Shown: positions 27,831 through 43,594, numbered from the stretch's first letter. The stretch is 64,000 bases of DNA from Eledone cirrhosa (GCA_964016885.1 OZ024751.1:44640001-44704000); one strand, 5' to 3'. Notes: generated from the letters alone by a model not told the origin. Translations and numbers: made by a program.

Positions 27831-27980
27831 TCCCCTTGCTAGTTATAGCACCTCTCACCATGTCACCGGGCTCCTTGCTAGATATACCACCTCTCACCAT
27901 GTCACCTGTCCCCTTGCTAGATATACCACCTCTTACCATGTCACCGGTCCCCTTGCTAGATATACCACCTCTCACCGTGT
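27831..27980. repeat. ~39-bp tandem repeat, about 4 copies
   Basis: CCCTTGCTAGATATACCACCTCTCACCATGTCACC. Confidence 0.85.
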
Positions 27981-28327
27981 CTTCAGTTTCCCTCTAAAGG
28001 AAACTATCTCTTTCCTATACCTTTTAAGTAGTTATGTTGTTCCAACACATGCTGGGTACTTTCTATTGTTACGTCTCCCAAGCTGATTTAGTGGCGACCC
28101 CCAACCAACATCAACCAGGGTAGATATGGATTTATCTCTATTTTGACACCCACATATTTTGAATCTGTATCACTTTTTCTGGGGATTTGGGTTTTTTGTT
28201 TTTTTTTAAACTTTGATATATTGATATTGACTTTTTGAATTTCTTCCTGATACTTCGATTTCATTTTTTTTTACCCGAAACTACTTTTAACTTAAGTGAC
28301 GGATATTGATGAAGATGATGGTGATGG

Positions 28328-28361
<34 letters not shown>

Positions 28362-28751
28362 AATGATGATGATGATGATCATCATGATGATGATGGTGAT
28401 GGTGATGAGGATGATGATGATTCAGTTGTTATTTATCTTTCAAGATGATCGAAATATGAACTTGATAAAAATCCACGAATTGGAAAACGAAAAGCGGGAT
28501 GCGTGGGTATATTAATAGATACGGGTGAGTCAGTGACAAAGCAATTGAATCGATCATTAAATCGATCCCTACCAGCATCGATACGACTTCGCTGCGATAT
28601 ATCCATAACGACAAAGAATTTGCTCCTCAAATACAAATATTTTTAACCAATTCGTATTACTAATTTCGAGTCCCCGCTGATATTTACCATGGGTTACTTT
28701 TCTCAATGAGAAAAATAAGGACAGCATTCATGTGCCTTATAAGCTTATAGG

Positions 28752-28846
<95 letters not shown>

Positions 28847-28942
28847 GGGTATATAAACATACGTTAAGGGCCGAAAAACTTGCCTCGGTGTGTTTCTTCA
28901 CTGAGGAGGTTCTGCTCTCCAGTTCTCCTAAGAGATTTTTAA

Positions 28943-29019
<77 letters not shown>

Positions 29020-29466
29020 CGCGTGTGTACCGTTGTGAATCAGGATAAAAGAATTCATGTAATTACGCAATTAACGATGGGCGACACAGCAGGTGAACTC
29101 AACCATTCCAGAAAATAGACATTGATAAAGTATATCTAACACAAAATAGTGTTTCCGATACGATTCATTAAATTAAACGAAAAACCTTAAATGCAGTGCC
29201 CCAGCATGGTCGCAGTCAAATGACTGTAATGTATGAAACAAAGGAATAAATAAATAAATACAAAATGTCTGACGACTTGGAATATTGCGTTCAAATCTCT
29301 CGAAATTTAATATAAATTTAATAGTGCTCTACTTAGTTATGGTCACTGGTAGTTGTTTAAAGAATTTCCCTCTTAAAACCTTTGAAGTTGCGTTAACGGG
29401 GTGGGGGTGAAGGTGAGGGGAATAGGAAAAGTACTAAACTTCTAGTCCTGTAATAATAAACATACT

Positions 29467-29500
<34 letters not shown>

Positions 29501-29555
29501 CATATATATAAATATATATATATGTATATATACATATACATATACATATATATAA

Positions 29556-29624
<69 letters not shown>

Positions 29625-29737
29625 TACATATATATATACGCACATACATATATATATATATATTTACCTATATATATATACACACATACACAGATATGTA
29701 TTTATATATATATGTGTGTGTGTATGTATGTGTTTGT

Positions 29738-29822
<85 letters not shown>

Positions 29823-30001
29823 CATATGTGTGTGTGTGTAATAGTTTGTGTGTGTGTAATAGTTTGTGTGCGTATGCGTGTGTATGTCTGCGTTTAAGTA
29901 TCACGTCAGATGTAATTTTTAGCATGTCCTTTTAAAAGCTAGACTATAAAAGACTCCATTAAGACACCCCTTGTCTCTTCCCTCCCCATCCTCTTACTAA
30001 C

Positions 30002-30137
30002 ATCGACTCCAGAACCAATGTATGTCTATTTGTCCTGAATTCTTTACTGATAAACTGCATGACTTTCCATCCAGAGTATAGAATTGGAAGATTCTTGACC
30101 AATCCAGGAAAGACGACATCCAAATTCTTTTTAACAT
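30002..30137 (-). CDS. Candidate internal exon (VKKNLDVVFPGLVKNLPILYSGWKVMQFISKEFRTNRHTLVLES)
   Basis: Acceptor TTTGTTCCCGTTTGTTCAG, donor GTTAGT, open frame; no family recognised. Confidence 0.35.
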
Positions 30138-30501
30138 CTGAACAAACGGGAACAAATATATTATTTGGTAAATATGTTTGCAGTCACGGTTCTAATTCTA
30201 ACACAAATTTCATATGAAGAAGATCGTGGTGATATACAATGTAACAATAGGTACAAGTTAAAGATGATTCAGTACACTCAAAGTGTACTGAACAATGGAC
30301 AATAAATATATACAATAACAGTGATAGGTTAAAAACAAATTCTAAACAATTTAAACGGCGCTTATGATTCTAAGTCGCTAATGAAAGCACGTCCACTGTG
30401 AAGAGTTCATATTTCTTATATAAATTGATATTCTTCGAAGTAGGAGACCCACACAAATATTATATAAACATAAACATAACTAAAGAAATATAATTAATCG
30501 T

Positions 30502-30547
<46 letters not shown>

Positions 30548-30550
<3 letters not shown>

Positions 30551-30742
30551 TGTTATACTTGAGGAGGGTCATATTGTTGTAATATTGTCAGAAATAATAA
30601 CAGAACACACTCACTGTTTGGTTGGTTTTCGCTTCTGTATGTTCTATATCTCCATATTTCTGGCAATATTACAACAACATGACCCTCCCCAAGTATAATA
30701 ATATTTGTTTCGACACGATTTCATTTCAAAAACCTTGCAAAA
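30548..30742. mobile_element. Diverged family B fragment with inverted arms
   Basis: ATTGTTATACTTGAGGAGGGTCAT... pairs with ...ATGACCCTCCCCAAGTATAATAATAT, followed by the family tail GTTTCGACACGATTTC. Confidence 0.65.
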
Positions 30743-30757
30743 CACACACACACACAC

Positions 30758-30804
<47 letters not shown>

Positions 30805-30811
<7 letters not shown>

Positions 30812-31125
30812 ATACTTTGGGAGTGTCGTGCTGCCCCCCCCCCCCCCCCACACACACAAAAAACGGACACGCACCTGTTGGTTTCATTTCAATTTATTAT
30901 AAACGTCCAGTTGGTTAGTTTAACAATCGGATGTGTGGCGAAAGAGTTTTGACAATAAATAGATAAACAAACATCCGGTTATCAAACTAACCAACTGGAA
31001 GTTTATAATAAATTGAAGTGAGATCCAACAGGTGTGTGTGTTTTATTGGCAGCATGACTCTCCCAAAGTATAACAATATCTGTTTCAACACACGTTTAAA
31101 GATAAGAAATCTTGAAAAACAAATG
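30805..31125. mobile_element. Family B copy with inverted arms, truncated inside hammerhead stem II
   Basis: Arms ~30805-30933 and ~30970-31079. The spacer holds TGTGGC GAAAG ag TTT TGAC, the 3' half of the family HHR. Confidence 0.7.
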
Positions 31126-31267
31126 TAGGATTCCGATGTAAATAGGGAGATAACCACAGTTACAAAATGTACTCAATAGGTTGGTAGAGTATAGACATCT
31201 TTATTACATACAAACATTACTTCTACAGGACTGGAACTCTTTCATTCGTAAGAAAGCATCATTATCA

Positions 31268-31450
31268 GGGGCGGTGGATTGGCAGTATCGGTAGAGGGTT
31301 GGACGCCATGCTTTGGCGCATAGAGTTACATTCTGAGTTCAAATCCCGCCGCGGTTAACTTTGCCTTTCATCCTGACAGGGGCGATAAAATAAAGTACCA
31401 GTAATGCACTGGGTAATTGCTGGCCTTGTGCCAGAAGTAGAAACAATTAT
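31268..31450 (+). mobile_element. tRNA-derived SINE (family 1)
   Basis: A-box-like TGGCAGTATCGG and B-box GAGTTCAAATCC; body AACTTTGCCTTTCATCC...GATAAAATAAAGTACCAG; tail AGTAGAAACAATT. Confidence 0.85.
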
Positions 31451-31542
31451 TTCTTATGAATGATAAGTGCTAGTCTCGTAGACATCATTTCTATAAGGTG
31501 GATAAAGATATGTTTGTGCATAAGGTGTGTTCTTAGAAGTAC

Positions 31543-31790
31543 ATGGCCTAGTGGTTAGAGTGTTGGACTTACGATAATAATGTCATGAGTCCGATTCCTG
31601 GACAGATTTGAGTGCTGTGTACTTGAACAAAACACTATACACAGCTGAAAATGAGTACCAGCAATAGCTATCAGTTTAACCCTGCGATGCTCTGACGTGT
31701 TGTCAATGAAGAAGTCTTCCACTCTCAGTCGCTTAACTCCACAGAATACAGGAATCAGTACCTGCCTGATGAGCAACCGGCTTCGAGACA
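31543..31790 (+). mobile_element. Second tRNA-derived SINE family (also ~14645-15025, ~49090-49215, ~46150-46390 minus, ~9750-9890 minus)
   Basis: TGGCCTAGTGGTTAG A box, GAGTYCGATTCC B box, TTGARCAARACACT and AAATGAGT blocks recurring in diverged copies. Confidence 0.6.
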
Positions 31791-32168
31791 GACTTTAGTC
31801 TTTAGTGTTTGTGTAGCCAACGGTTCGTTAATATAGTTCAATGACACCAAAACATGTCGACCGCTTTCACTATTCCACTTAACACGGATTAGATTTTCAC
31901 TAAAGCAAAAGCATTAAATTTCTTAACTTCATGTTACATTCACTTGAGCATTGTATATATGTTATAAATATTATATATGTTATATATGTTATATATTCAC
32001 TTAAGCAAAAGCATTATATTTCTTGAATTCATGATTTATTGAAATTATCTTCCCTTGCTGTGTGAGTCGGTAATGAATACATCTAGGATTTCATTTACTT
32101 TCTGCAACCAACTTGAAATTACTATTCTTTAACTTTACATTATTTTGCGTACGTGTATCAGTACATTC

Positions 32169-32211
<43 letters not shown>

Positions 32212-32300
32212 TACATATATACATATATATATATACATATATATATATATACATATACATACATATATATACATATACATATATATATGTATATATATAT

Positions 32301-32331
<31 letters not shown>

Positions 32332-32368
32332 CATATACATACATATATATACATATACAAACATATAC

Positions 32369-32420
<52 letters not shown>

Positions 32421-32422
32421 AT

Positions 32423-32466
<44 letters not shown>

Positions 32467-32821
32467 CATTGTGTTCACTCCAATCCAATTTCTATTTCAT
32501 TTAAACTCCATTTGAACCTTTAAAAGCTACAGATCTATGTATTTAAGTGTATATGTGTGTATGTGTATATGTATAAGTGTATATGTGTGTATGCATGTAT
32601 GTGTGTTTCTAAGAAGTTTCAATGTTCAAACACATTTCCCTGACCTGACCTCAGTTCTATACAAAGTACTTGCTAACGTCGTTCTTTATTATACAATTGC
32701 TAACCGAGTAGATTCTCTGATTGCTTTTCAGTGTGAGAAATAAATAAATAATCATAAGTGACAGAACTCTCTTAACACAAACCTTCCTTTAGACCAGAAA
32801 CAATACCAAAATGAGAATAAC

Positions 32822-32895
<74 letters not shown>

Positions 32896-32979
32896 TATAT
32901 ATATATATTCATATATATATATATGTCAATATATCTATATATCTATATATATGTATTTATATATCTATATATACGTATA

Positions 32980-33054
<75 letters not shown>

Positions 33055-33114
33055 ATTTACGTATATATATATATATATATTTATATATTATATATATATA
33101 TTTATATACATATA

Positions 33115-33162
<48 letters not shown>

Positions 33163-33203
33163 TAGATATATATATATATATATATGTGTATATATATATA
33201 TAT

Positions 33204-33236
<33 letters not shown>

Positions 33237-33237
33237 A

Positions 33238-33274
<37 letters not shown>

Positions 33275-33719
33275 TGTGTGTGTGTGCGTGTGTGTAGTAT
33301 ACATATATTTATATGTGTATTTGTGACTTTGTTATGTATTCTATAGATTTTACATAACGAAATTATTTACCATGAACCCACAAAGCATTTTCTAATAAAA
33401 ACACAAAAACAAATCTTTCAACCCTATTTATCAAGATCTAACGTTTCCCCATTTTCTTATCACTTAAATTTTTCACACAAAATATCATGACTACGCATGC
33501 GCTCACTTTTGACGGCTCCATTTACAATATTCTGTACTTAGTAAATTTTCAGCGCAACATCCTTAATTTTATTTCTTATAAAAATGTAATATACCAACTT
33601 TTTAACTGGCACCGCCGAAATGATGACATAAATCCTTTACTTTTATTAATAAGGTCTTATATATATACATATATATATATAAGGTTATATATCTATATAT
33701 ACAGAGTGGGTAACACGCA

Positions 33720-33766
<47 letters not shown>

Positions 33767-34182
33767 ATATATATATATATATATGTACCATTTATGTTAT
33801 ATTGTTTACCAATGGGTGATTCCCTTTAGTAAACGATGATGCAATAAATTAAAGCATTCGATGTTATGTAAATTATCGATCGTAGATGGATTCGGGAATG
33901 GTTTGCCATTAAATTAATACCGAATTGGCAAGCTATCCCAAACCAAATCTATCCTCTATATTATATTCTCTGTTTGTGCTCGCCGTGTAACTAATTCTGC
34001 AATCATCACCTGATGAAATCTTTTAAGTTTTGCATCATGATCAAATGAAGGAACTGGTCAATTGAAATATGCATAGTGTTTAAAGTTTTAAAGAAAGTTT
34101 CCAGTCCAGCCTTATGTTGTTTTTAACCAGTGTATATAAATATATATATACACACACACAGGCACACAAACACACACACACA

Positions 34183-34290
<108 letters not shown>

Positions 34291-34595
34291 TATATATATG
34301 TGTGTGTGTGTATGTATATATGAACCCATAACTCCCGAGAGAGTTTCATACGGCGTTTCTAGGGTATTTTAAAACATGGTGGAGCCCACCTCCTCTCCAT
34401 GTCTGATTAGAGAGAAGGTTGGAAGGTTAAAGAAGGCAAGTGAGAAAGAGATATAGACTCGTCTGGCAGAATTTGAACTCAGAGAGTTCAGAGATTCGTA
34501 ACGAATACTGCCAATTATTCTATATTTATTGTAATAAATCATTGTAAATAAACCTTCTTAAAACTCAAATTGCAATTTGAACTACTTTTTACTAT

Positions 34596-34754
<159 letters not shown>

Positions 34755-34980
34755 AAAAAGTAGTTCAAATTGCAATTTGAGTTTTAAGAAGGTTTATTTA
34801 CAATAATTTATTACAATATATTTATATATATAGATGTGAGAAAAACCACAGACCCTCCATCTCAACTCACCTTTTGAAAAGCAGAAGAACTGCGAAACCG
34901 GTAAAGGAACCAAATAAATATATATATTTAAAAAAAAATAAAATAAGACTTCAGTTCCATTTTCGATTTCATCCCTTTTT

Positions 34981-35014
<34 letters not shown>

Positions 35015-35099
35015 CGGCCGATAGATAGTATTAGCAATTGGAAAGACAAATGGAAACATTATTTCCTCGGTCCGATTTGACAAAGTGTCGATCGTTTCT

Positions 35100-35169
<70 letters not shown>

Positions 35170-35431
35170 AAAATGGAACGGGAACAAAACAGAGAGGCAG
35201 TACGAACAAAGGTTTATTAGTTTCACGCTCTTGATAGTGGGGGGGGGGGGGCAAGAAGGGGTGACAGGAGTCGAGCTGTTCTCGGGTGAGGGTCTTGGCT
35301 CCGATACAGTCGTCGAAGTAACGACCGTACAGTTGGGTCGTAGAGCCTGTGTACTAGTCAAAGATTTGGGCCTCAACATGGCCAACGAAAAGGTTGGCAT
35401 AGATATATATTTATATATATGACTGGGTGTA

Positions 35432-35485
<54 letters not shown>

Positions 35486-35573
35486 ATATTAAATAAATGG
35501 AAACTATATTTATAAAACCATATTTATTTTATTATATATATATATACATTATATATATATTATATATATTTAT

Positions 35574-35701
<128 letters not shown>

Positions 35702-36173
35702 TGAGTGTGTGTGTATAATATCTTTACTGAATGATTGATATCAACAGCTCAACAGCTAGCGAACGAACGAAAATTATTTTGAGGAAATATTATTTTTCTT
35801 TTCACAATTAAGCAGAGTTCCTCAGCTCAGATTATTTCACGCTGGAAGTATGGCGCTAGCAAATGTTACCAATTATTCGATTTCCGCTTTGAGAAATCGC
35901 TTTGTTAAGAGGTTTCGAAATCAGGTCAAGCTTATTGACATGTAAGTCAGTCAACATTCGTACAATTATTAGTGGACTACTTTAATGTTCATTTTTTTAC
36001 TTGCTTTTTTTTCTATTTTATTTTATTTATTGTGTTTAGTTTTTGATTTGATTTGTTTTGTTTTCTGTTTTGTGATTTTATACTTCATTTTTTTTTCCTG
36101 CTTTTAGATTTGTATCTGGTTAATGTTCCAGAGTTTATGCGTATGTATGCATGGATGTAAGTATATATATAGG

Positions 36174-36258
<85 letters not shown>

Positions 36259-36317
36259 ATGTGTGCGAGTGTGTGTGTGTATATATATGTATATTTATAT
36301 ATACATATATATATATA

Positions 36318-36351
<34 letters not shown>

Positions 36352-36380
36352 CACATATATATATATAAATATATATATAT

Positions 36381-36455
<75 letters not shown>

Positions 36456-36491
36456 CACATATATATATATATATAAATATATATATATGTT

Positions 36492-36533
<42 letters not shown>

Positions 36534-36537
36534 TGTT

Positions 36538-36629
<92 letters not shown>

Positions 36630-36673
36630 CACATATATATATATATATAAATATATATATATGTTTATATATA

Positions 36674-37227
36674 CAGGGGTTGGACAAAATAATGGAAACA
36701 CCTAGCATCATAGCATCATCATTTTGAAATATCTATAAAAACCGTCAAAAGCTTGTTTATTTTTATGTTTTTTTTATTTATTATTAGTGTTGCTTAATAT
36801 GTTTTGTTAAAATTGCTGTTTCTTTTCAGATATCATCAGAAAAAGGTAATTAAAATTCATTAAAATGACAGATCTATCGGACTTTCAAAGAGGTCAAATT
36901 GTTGGTGATTGTATGGCGTAACGAAAACAGCCGAAATGTTTGGTGTATCAAGAAGTACTGTCTCGAAAGTAATGACAGCCTTTGAGAAAGAGGGAAAAAC
37001 CTCCTCGTCGAAACAAAACTCCGGAAGAAAACCAAACTTTCCGATAGGAACCGTCGGACTCTTACGCGAATTGTTAGAAAGGATCACAAAAGTACAGCTT
37101 CCAAAATTACTGCAAAGCTTAATGACCACCTCGAGACAATAAAAATAAACATTCTTTGACGGTTTTATAGATATTTCAAAATTATGGTGCTACGATGCTA
37201 GGTGTTTCATTATTTTGCCCAACCCTG
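36674..37227 (+). mobile_element. Internally deleted Tc1/mariner DNA transposon
   Basis: ~90-bp imperfect TIRs CAGGGGTTGGACAAAATAATGGAAACACC / GGTGTTTCATTATTTTGCCCAACCCTG; TA flanks; frameshifted transposase N-terminus MTDLSDFQRGQIVG...TAEMFGVSRSTVSKV...NSGRKP. Confidence 0.9.
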
Positions 37228-37259
37228 TATATATATATATGTATATAGATATATCTATT

Positions 37260-37314
<55 letters not shown>

Positions 37315-37377
37315 CTTTTCCTTTCTTCCTTCTCACCCCCTTCTTTGCTTTTATTTTTGTCATTATTATCTTTATTT

Positions 37378-37463
<86 letters not shown>

Positions 37464-37800
37464 CTCTCTGCTCATAGCCCTCGTTCGTGTAGGTTCTATT
37501 CTCTAAGCGCTCATATATTCACCTAGCTTATGCTAAACAGAATAATTTTGAAGCTTGTTTCTCCCTACGGTATGCTATATTTTCTGTTGTTCTCCTGTCT
37601 CACTCGCTTTACGCGTTTTAATTGTCCTAATAACTTATTTTGGTTATTATTGCACCGAAGTGAGATATATAATTTTTAATGCAATGAAATATCTATGATC
37701 TTCGGCAAATCACTGATGAGGGACTTATTTTATTACATGTTACCCATGTGCTACCTGCAGTATTTTTCTCTCTATATATATATATATATGTGTGTGTGTA

Positions 37801-37833
<33 letters not shown>

Positions 37834-38459
37834 GTTTATCTCTTTATATCTCCCCCCCCCTCTCTCTCTCTCTCCCCTCTCTGTCCATCCCTCCCACTAT
37901 TATCTATTTAATTCTCTTTAACTCACTACACTCCACGACATGATGTCTGCTATCAAAACTGACCAAAGAATCCTTCCACCTCTACCCCTACCTCCACCTC
38001 AGTTTGTCATTCTACTTCCTACCTCTTCCCCCTTCCTCTCTCTCTATACTATGCCGTCTGTCATCTCACTCCTGATTCCTCTCTCTCTATACTAGTAAAT
38101 ACAATTCCAAATAAATGTTTTTCTCTATATATTAAGAATTATTTCAAGAGTAACTCACTATTTTGAAAATTTGGACTGTGAACAACAATTATAATTGAGT
38201 GGCTGCTATTTGCAGTATAGCAATATAAGGTTGCACTTACCAATGAAACGGTCGTAAATACCTGGATTAAATCCTTCTCTTAATGCTTACCTGTGTTTTC
38301 TCTTTTATACTTTATACTCCAAGATTGAACGGAATTCTTACAAACTTGTGGAGTTACCCCTAACCGTACGTTGAAACCATCCATGAAACTGGCTTTCTTA
38401 ACCAAAAACTGGATTACAATAAGCAATTTTTTGCTTCTCTAACTATATATATATATATA

Positions 38460-38710
38460 TATTGTTATACTTTGGGAGGGTCATGTTGCCAATAAGAAAC
38501 ACACGCACCAGATGTTTTCACTTCAATTTATTATAATAAATTTATAAATTTAGGAATTTATAAATTTCTGGTTGGTTGGTTGGTTCCACATCCAGATAGT
38601 TGTTTATATATTGTCAAAGTTCTTTCGTCACACATTCTGTGACCTCTTCAGTGACTGGGGATTCTTTTCTTTGTTTTTGTTTTGTGCCTCTCCTTTGTTC
38701 TGTCCTACGC
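38460..38710 (-). mobile_element. Family B copy with hammerhead at 38613-38655 (minus)
   Basis: Homologous to 39605-39857; minus strand GTCA CTGAAGA g GTCACA gaatg TGTGAC GAAAG aa CTT TGAC. Confidence 0.8.
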
Positions 38711-38964
38711 GTACCAGTGTTTACCAAGCTATTTAGAACCAAGCTATTTAGAACACTGGTTTAACCGCTTACTTCCCTCCGAAGAAGAGATATTATTCCG
38801 AAAATTAAGGACATTTAAATAAATCTAAGGTAAAAGACTAATTGTCAATAATATCTTTTGCATTTGCATTTGCATTGTCCATACCTGCATTGTTTTGGCT
38901 TTATTATACATATACAAACGTTTATACCTCATTACACAATGCTTCAAGTGAACTATAACCTCCT

Positions 38965-38999
<35 letters not shown>

Positions 39000-39092
39000 G
39001 AAATGAATACAAAGTGTTTAAAACCGTTAAAACATATTTATATAATTGTGTACCTACGCACATTTCGCCCTGAGTGGTCTTATCAAGGGCAT

Positions 39093-39239
<147 letters not shown>

Positions 39240-39573
39240 AAGAGAGAGAGATACATATAGATGTAGATATAGATATAGATATATATATTATAGATATATA
39301 GATATATATATGTGTGTGTGTTCTCACAGTAATATCGTCTGGGCATTGACCTCATCTAAAATAATTTAAAGAAAACAATTGTTTCACACCAAACCCGTGT
39401 CCATGTACATTCCTAGATTCTGATTGTACTGTTCACAATCTTTCATTGCAAAGTGTGACCGACCAGGAGGATAGATGCTATTGTTCGTAAGTCTCACGTG
39501 TTTCCTCTTTCTCCGTTTGCCACTTCCATATATATATTCCAAATATAAATATATTCCATTATAATCACTTATA

Positions 39574-39604
<31 letters not shown>

Positions 39605-39612
<8 letters not shown>

Positions 39613-40176
39613 ATACTTTGGGAGGGCCATGCCGCCAACAAGAAACACACGCACCAGTTGCTTTCACTTCAATTTAATTTATTATATATTTATAAATTTA
39701 CAAATTTATAAATTTCTGGTTGGTTGGTTGGTTCCACAACCAGATAGTTGTTTATATATATATAGTCATAGTTCTTTCGTCACACACTCTGTGACCTCTT
39801 CAGTGACTGGGGATTTCTTTCTTCGTTTCTGTGCCTTTCCTTTCTTCTATCCTACGCCATTTTCAAAATGGCGTAGGATAGAAGAAAGGAAAGGCACAGA
39901 AACGAAGAAAGAAATCCCCAGTCACTGAAGAGGTCACAGAGTGTGTGACGAAAGAACTATGACTATATATATATAAACAACTATCTGGTTGTGGAACCAA
40001 CCAACCAACCAGAAATTTATAAATTTGTAAATTTATAAATATATAATAAATTAAATTGAAGTGAAAGCAACTGGTGCGTGTGTTTCTTGTTGGCGGCATG
40101 GCCCTCCAAAAGTATAACAATATCGGTTTCAACACACGATTTCAGATAAAGAATCTTGCTAAACAAATTCAGAAAC

Positions 40177-40178
<2 letters not shown>
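39605..40178. mobile_element. Palindromic TA-inserted element (family B) with a hammerhead in each arm
   Basis: ~259-bp arms centred on C39864; the right arm runs ~55 bp further before (TA)n. Confidence 0.85.
39920..39964 (+). ncRNA. Minimal type I hammerhead (mirror copy at 39764-39808, minus)
   Basis: AGTCA CTGAAGA g GTCACA gagtg TGTGAC GAA AG aa CT A TGACT: 5-bp stem I, 6-bp stem II, 2-bp stem III. Confidence 0.8.
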
Positions 40179-40261
<83 letters not shown>

Positions 40262-40824
40262 CACTGTATATATGAATGAAAAATGGCGTGCTGCGTTGTT
40301 GCGAATATGAACATATGAATAAAAATAGACCGAGAAACAGAAAAAGTCTGTCATCAGTAGTCTGCTGTTTCTCATTGGTATTTCTTCGCATTAGAGACTA
40401 GATACCTAAAATCAGTGCGAGTGATAACTAAATTAAGTTATCAGGACAGATGAAAGTGAACAAACAACATGGTAGTAACGCAACGTAAAGAGAGGAAAAG
40501 AGAGATAAGTCAATGAATTTTGTGGGCTTAAGTCCGACAAATGAAATGACGAGAAGAAAACAGACACGTCCGAGCCACGAAAAAAGTGAGAGAGGAAAGA
40601 ATTAACGCAGGTCAGACGGGAGGAAGTGAGAGAGGAGGAGTAGCAGAGAGTGAGTGAGTGAGTGAAAGTGTGAGGAAGGGGCCAGCTGAGAGCGTGTGAC
40701 CAGCAGCGGGGATGGAGGAAGGCAAGAGGTAAGGGGGAGAGAGAAAGAGGAAAGCAGTAAGGTGACAGAAAAAATACGAACCACAGCGAAGACACAAACA
40801 TTGACTTTATTGTAACACCAGCTC

Positions 40825-41623
40825 AGAGCAGGAGAGTTAAGGCGAAAAAGATATCGGATGCTGAATTGCCGACGACATATTTCTGGTGACAAACACAGTG
40901 AAGGAGGCAGAGGATTTGATGCAGGAGGTGGAGACTGTGTCGATGAGTGTGGGGCGGAGAATGAATGAGATTAAGACGAAGTATCTGGTAGAGAATATTA
41001 AGAAACCAGAGAAGATTATTAATGTAGGCGGGAAGCCGCTAGAATTGGTTGAGGACTTCCTGTATTTGGGAGCAAAGATTGGGAACACGGAAGATGATGA
41101 GGTCGAGAGGAAGAGCAAAGCCTGGGCGGCGTGCCACAGCTTGAGATCGGTGTGGAAGTCGAACCTTCATAAGACCTGAAGATCCGACTCTTCGTTGCTG
41201 CAGTGGAGTCTGTGCTGCTGTACGGGTCTGAGACTTGGACACTGACCAAGAAACTTACTGAGATGGTGGATGGGTGCTACACGAGAATGCTGAGGACGGC
41301 TCTGAACATTAATCAGTATACACTGAGGAGGAAGAACTCAGAGCTGTACGGGAGCCTCCCAAAAGTCAGCTCAAAAGTGACACAGAGGAGACTGAGGGTA
41401 GCTTGACATGCTCACCAACATCCAGAGTTGACACTGCACTCAGTGCTCCTGTAGGAGTCCATGCATGGGCACACTGGAAGAGGAAGACTGAGGTTAAAAT
41501 ATATTGGTGTCCTAAGGACAGACACTGGTCTGTTGGAGACGCTGGACATGGCAGCGGTAATGAGGGACAGAGATCGCTGGAGTGAACTCGTCCATGGATC
41601 TCGGGAATTTTACCCACCCTAGT
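40825..41623 (+). mobile_element. 5'-truncated, frameshifted RTE-clade LINE fragment
   Basis: ADDI RT motif remnant; VEDFLYLG; [15 protein letters not shown]; RRLR; several stops and frameshifts. Confidence 0.85.
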
Positions 41624-42098
41624 CATAGACATTGATGCATCGAGTGGATTTGAAATGTTTAGAAATGTTAAAAATAATAGCTTAGAAAATCGGGTAAACT
41701 ACTCCCTATAGATTGAAAATAGTGGCCAAGAGCCTTTTAAAAGAGAGTTTATATGTATAGATATATGCATGGATGTCTCTGTGTGTTTGTCTGTGAGTGT
41801 GTGCATGAGTTGCCATGAGTGTGTATGTTTGTGTGTGAGAGAGAGAGCGCGCGCCTGTGAGTGTATGTGTGCGCGTGTGTGCGTATGTGTGTGTGCGAGC
41901 ACGTGTGTTTCAGCACGTGGTTGCACGAGACCAAATTACTTCCGCTGTGACATGAAGAATGAGGACAATGTTTAACCCTTTCACCAAGCCTCTTTATACT
42001 TCAATGTCAATCGGCTGGCATTGTTTTTCGGTGCTTGACATTGGAAAACACGTTCAAGTGGGTTTCCCCTGCCATCTCTCTCTCTATATATATATATT

Positions 42099-42134
<36 letters not shown>

Positions 42135-42549
42135 AATAATTTGTACATATGTATGTGTGTATATATATAATATATATATTTATATGTACACATATATCCA
42201 CATACATACATACATACACACATACACACATACATACATACATACATACATACATACATACATACATACATACATACATACATACATACATACATACATA
42301 CATACATACATACATACATACATACATACACGTTGGAATTTACATTTCCCCTCTTGGCTTGCATGTAACTAAACAAGTCCTTTTATATGTATACTAAACA
42401 ATATAACACGACTTTCACGAGACTCATCAAGACACGAAACTGGTTAGATTTAAAAGAATTGTCAAACTGCAAGTTCCGCATTTTTATGAACTCATTTAGT
42501 GGAATGTTATTATCGAAGATCTATATGCATACACATAAATAAATATAAG

Positions 42550-42621
<72 letters not shown>

Positions 42622-42638
42622 CTTATATATATATATAT

Positions 42639-43295
42639 GAGACTAAAACAAAATATCTGGTAGAGAATGTTGAGAAACCAGAGGGGATCATTAATGTAGG
42701 CGGGAAGCCGCTAGAATTGGTTGAAGACTTCCTGTATTTGGGAACAAAGATTGAGAATACGGAAGATGATGTGGTTGAGAGGAAGAGCAAAGCCTGGGCG
42801 GCGTGCCACAGCTTGAGATCAGTGTGCAAGTCGGACCTTCGTAAAGTCCTGAAAATCCGCCTCTTCATTGCTGTAGTGGAGTCTGTGCTGCTGTACGGGT
42901 CTGAGATTTGGACACTGACCAGGAAACTCACTCAGATAGTGGATGGGTGCTACACGAGAATGCTGAGGATGGTTCTGAACATTAATCAGTATACACTGAG
43001 GATGAAAAACTCAGAGCTGTATGGGAGTCTCCCAAAAGTCAGCACAAAAGTGACACAGAGGAGACTGAGGTTAGCTGGACATGCTCAGCGACATCCAGAG
43101 TTGACATTGCACTCAGTACTCCTTTGGGAGCCCCTACATGGACACACTAGAAGAGGAAGACCAAGGTTAATGTACGTTGATGCCCTAAGGACAGACACTG
43201 GTCTGTTGGAGACGCAGGACATGGCAGCGATAATGAGGGACAGAGACAGCTGGAGAGAACTCGTCCATGGATCTCGGGAATTTTACCCGCCCTAG
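42639..43295 (+). mobile_element. 5'-truncated RTE-clade LINE (open 3' ORF) within (TA)n
   Basis: VEDFLYLG...[23 protein letters not shown]...RRLRLAGHAQRH...RGRPRLMYVD...A+MRDRDSWRELV, a typical RTE C-terminus. Confidence 0.9.
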
Positions 43296-43543
43296 AATAT
43301 ATATGTATATATATATATATATTATATATATATATATCCTCTTCCTGCTATATCAAGCGTTAACCTAATATATCCCTTTCATATACTGTACCGATTGTGT
43401 TGTTATTTCTGTTTACCTTTTACATATATATATACATACATATAAATAAGTATACGTATATATATATACATGTAAATATATGTATATGTGTGTTTGTATG
43501 TGTGCACATGTATATATAAGTCCGTATTTATGCACACACACAC

Positions 43544-43594
<51 letters not shown>

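Noticed and set aside
31268-31350. tRNA gene
   Set aside because: The A/B boxes belong to a multi-copy SINE head; no complete cloverleaf.
40332-40373. CTGATGA-CAGA/TCTG hairpin on minus as a hammerhead
   Set aside because: No GAAA after stem II and no stem I or III arrangement.
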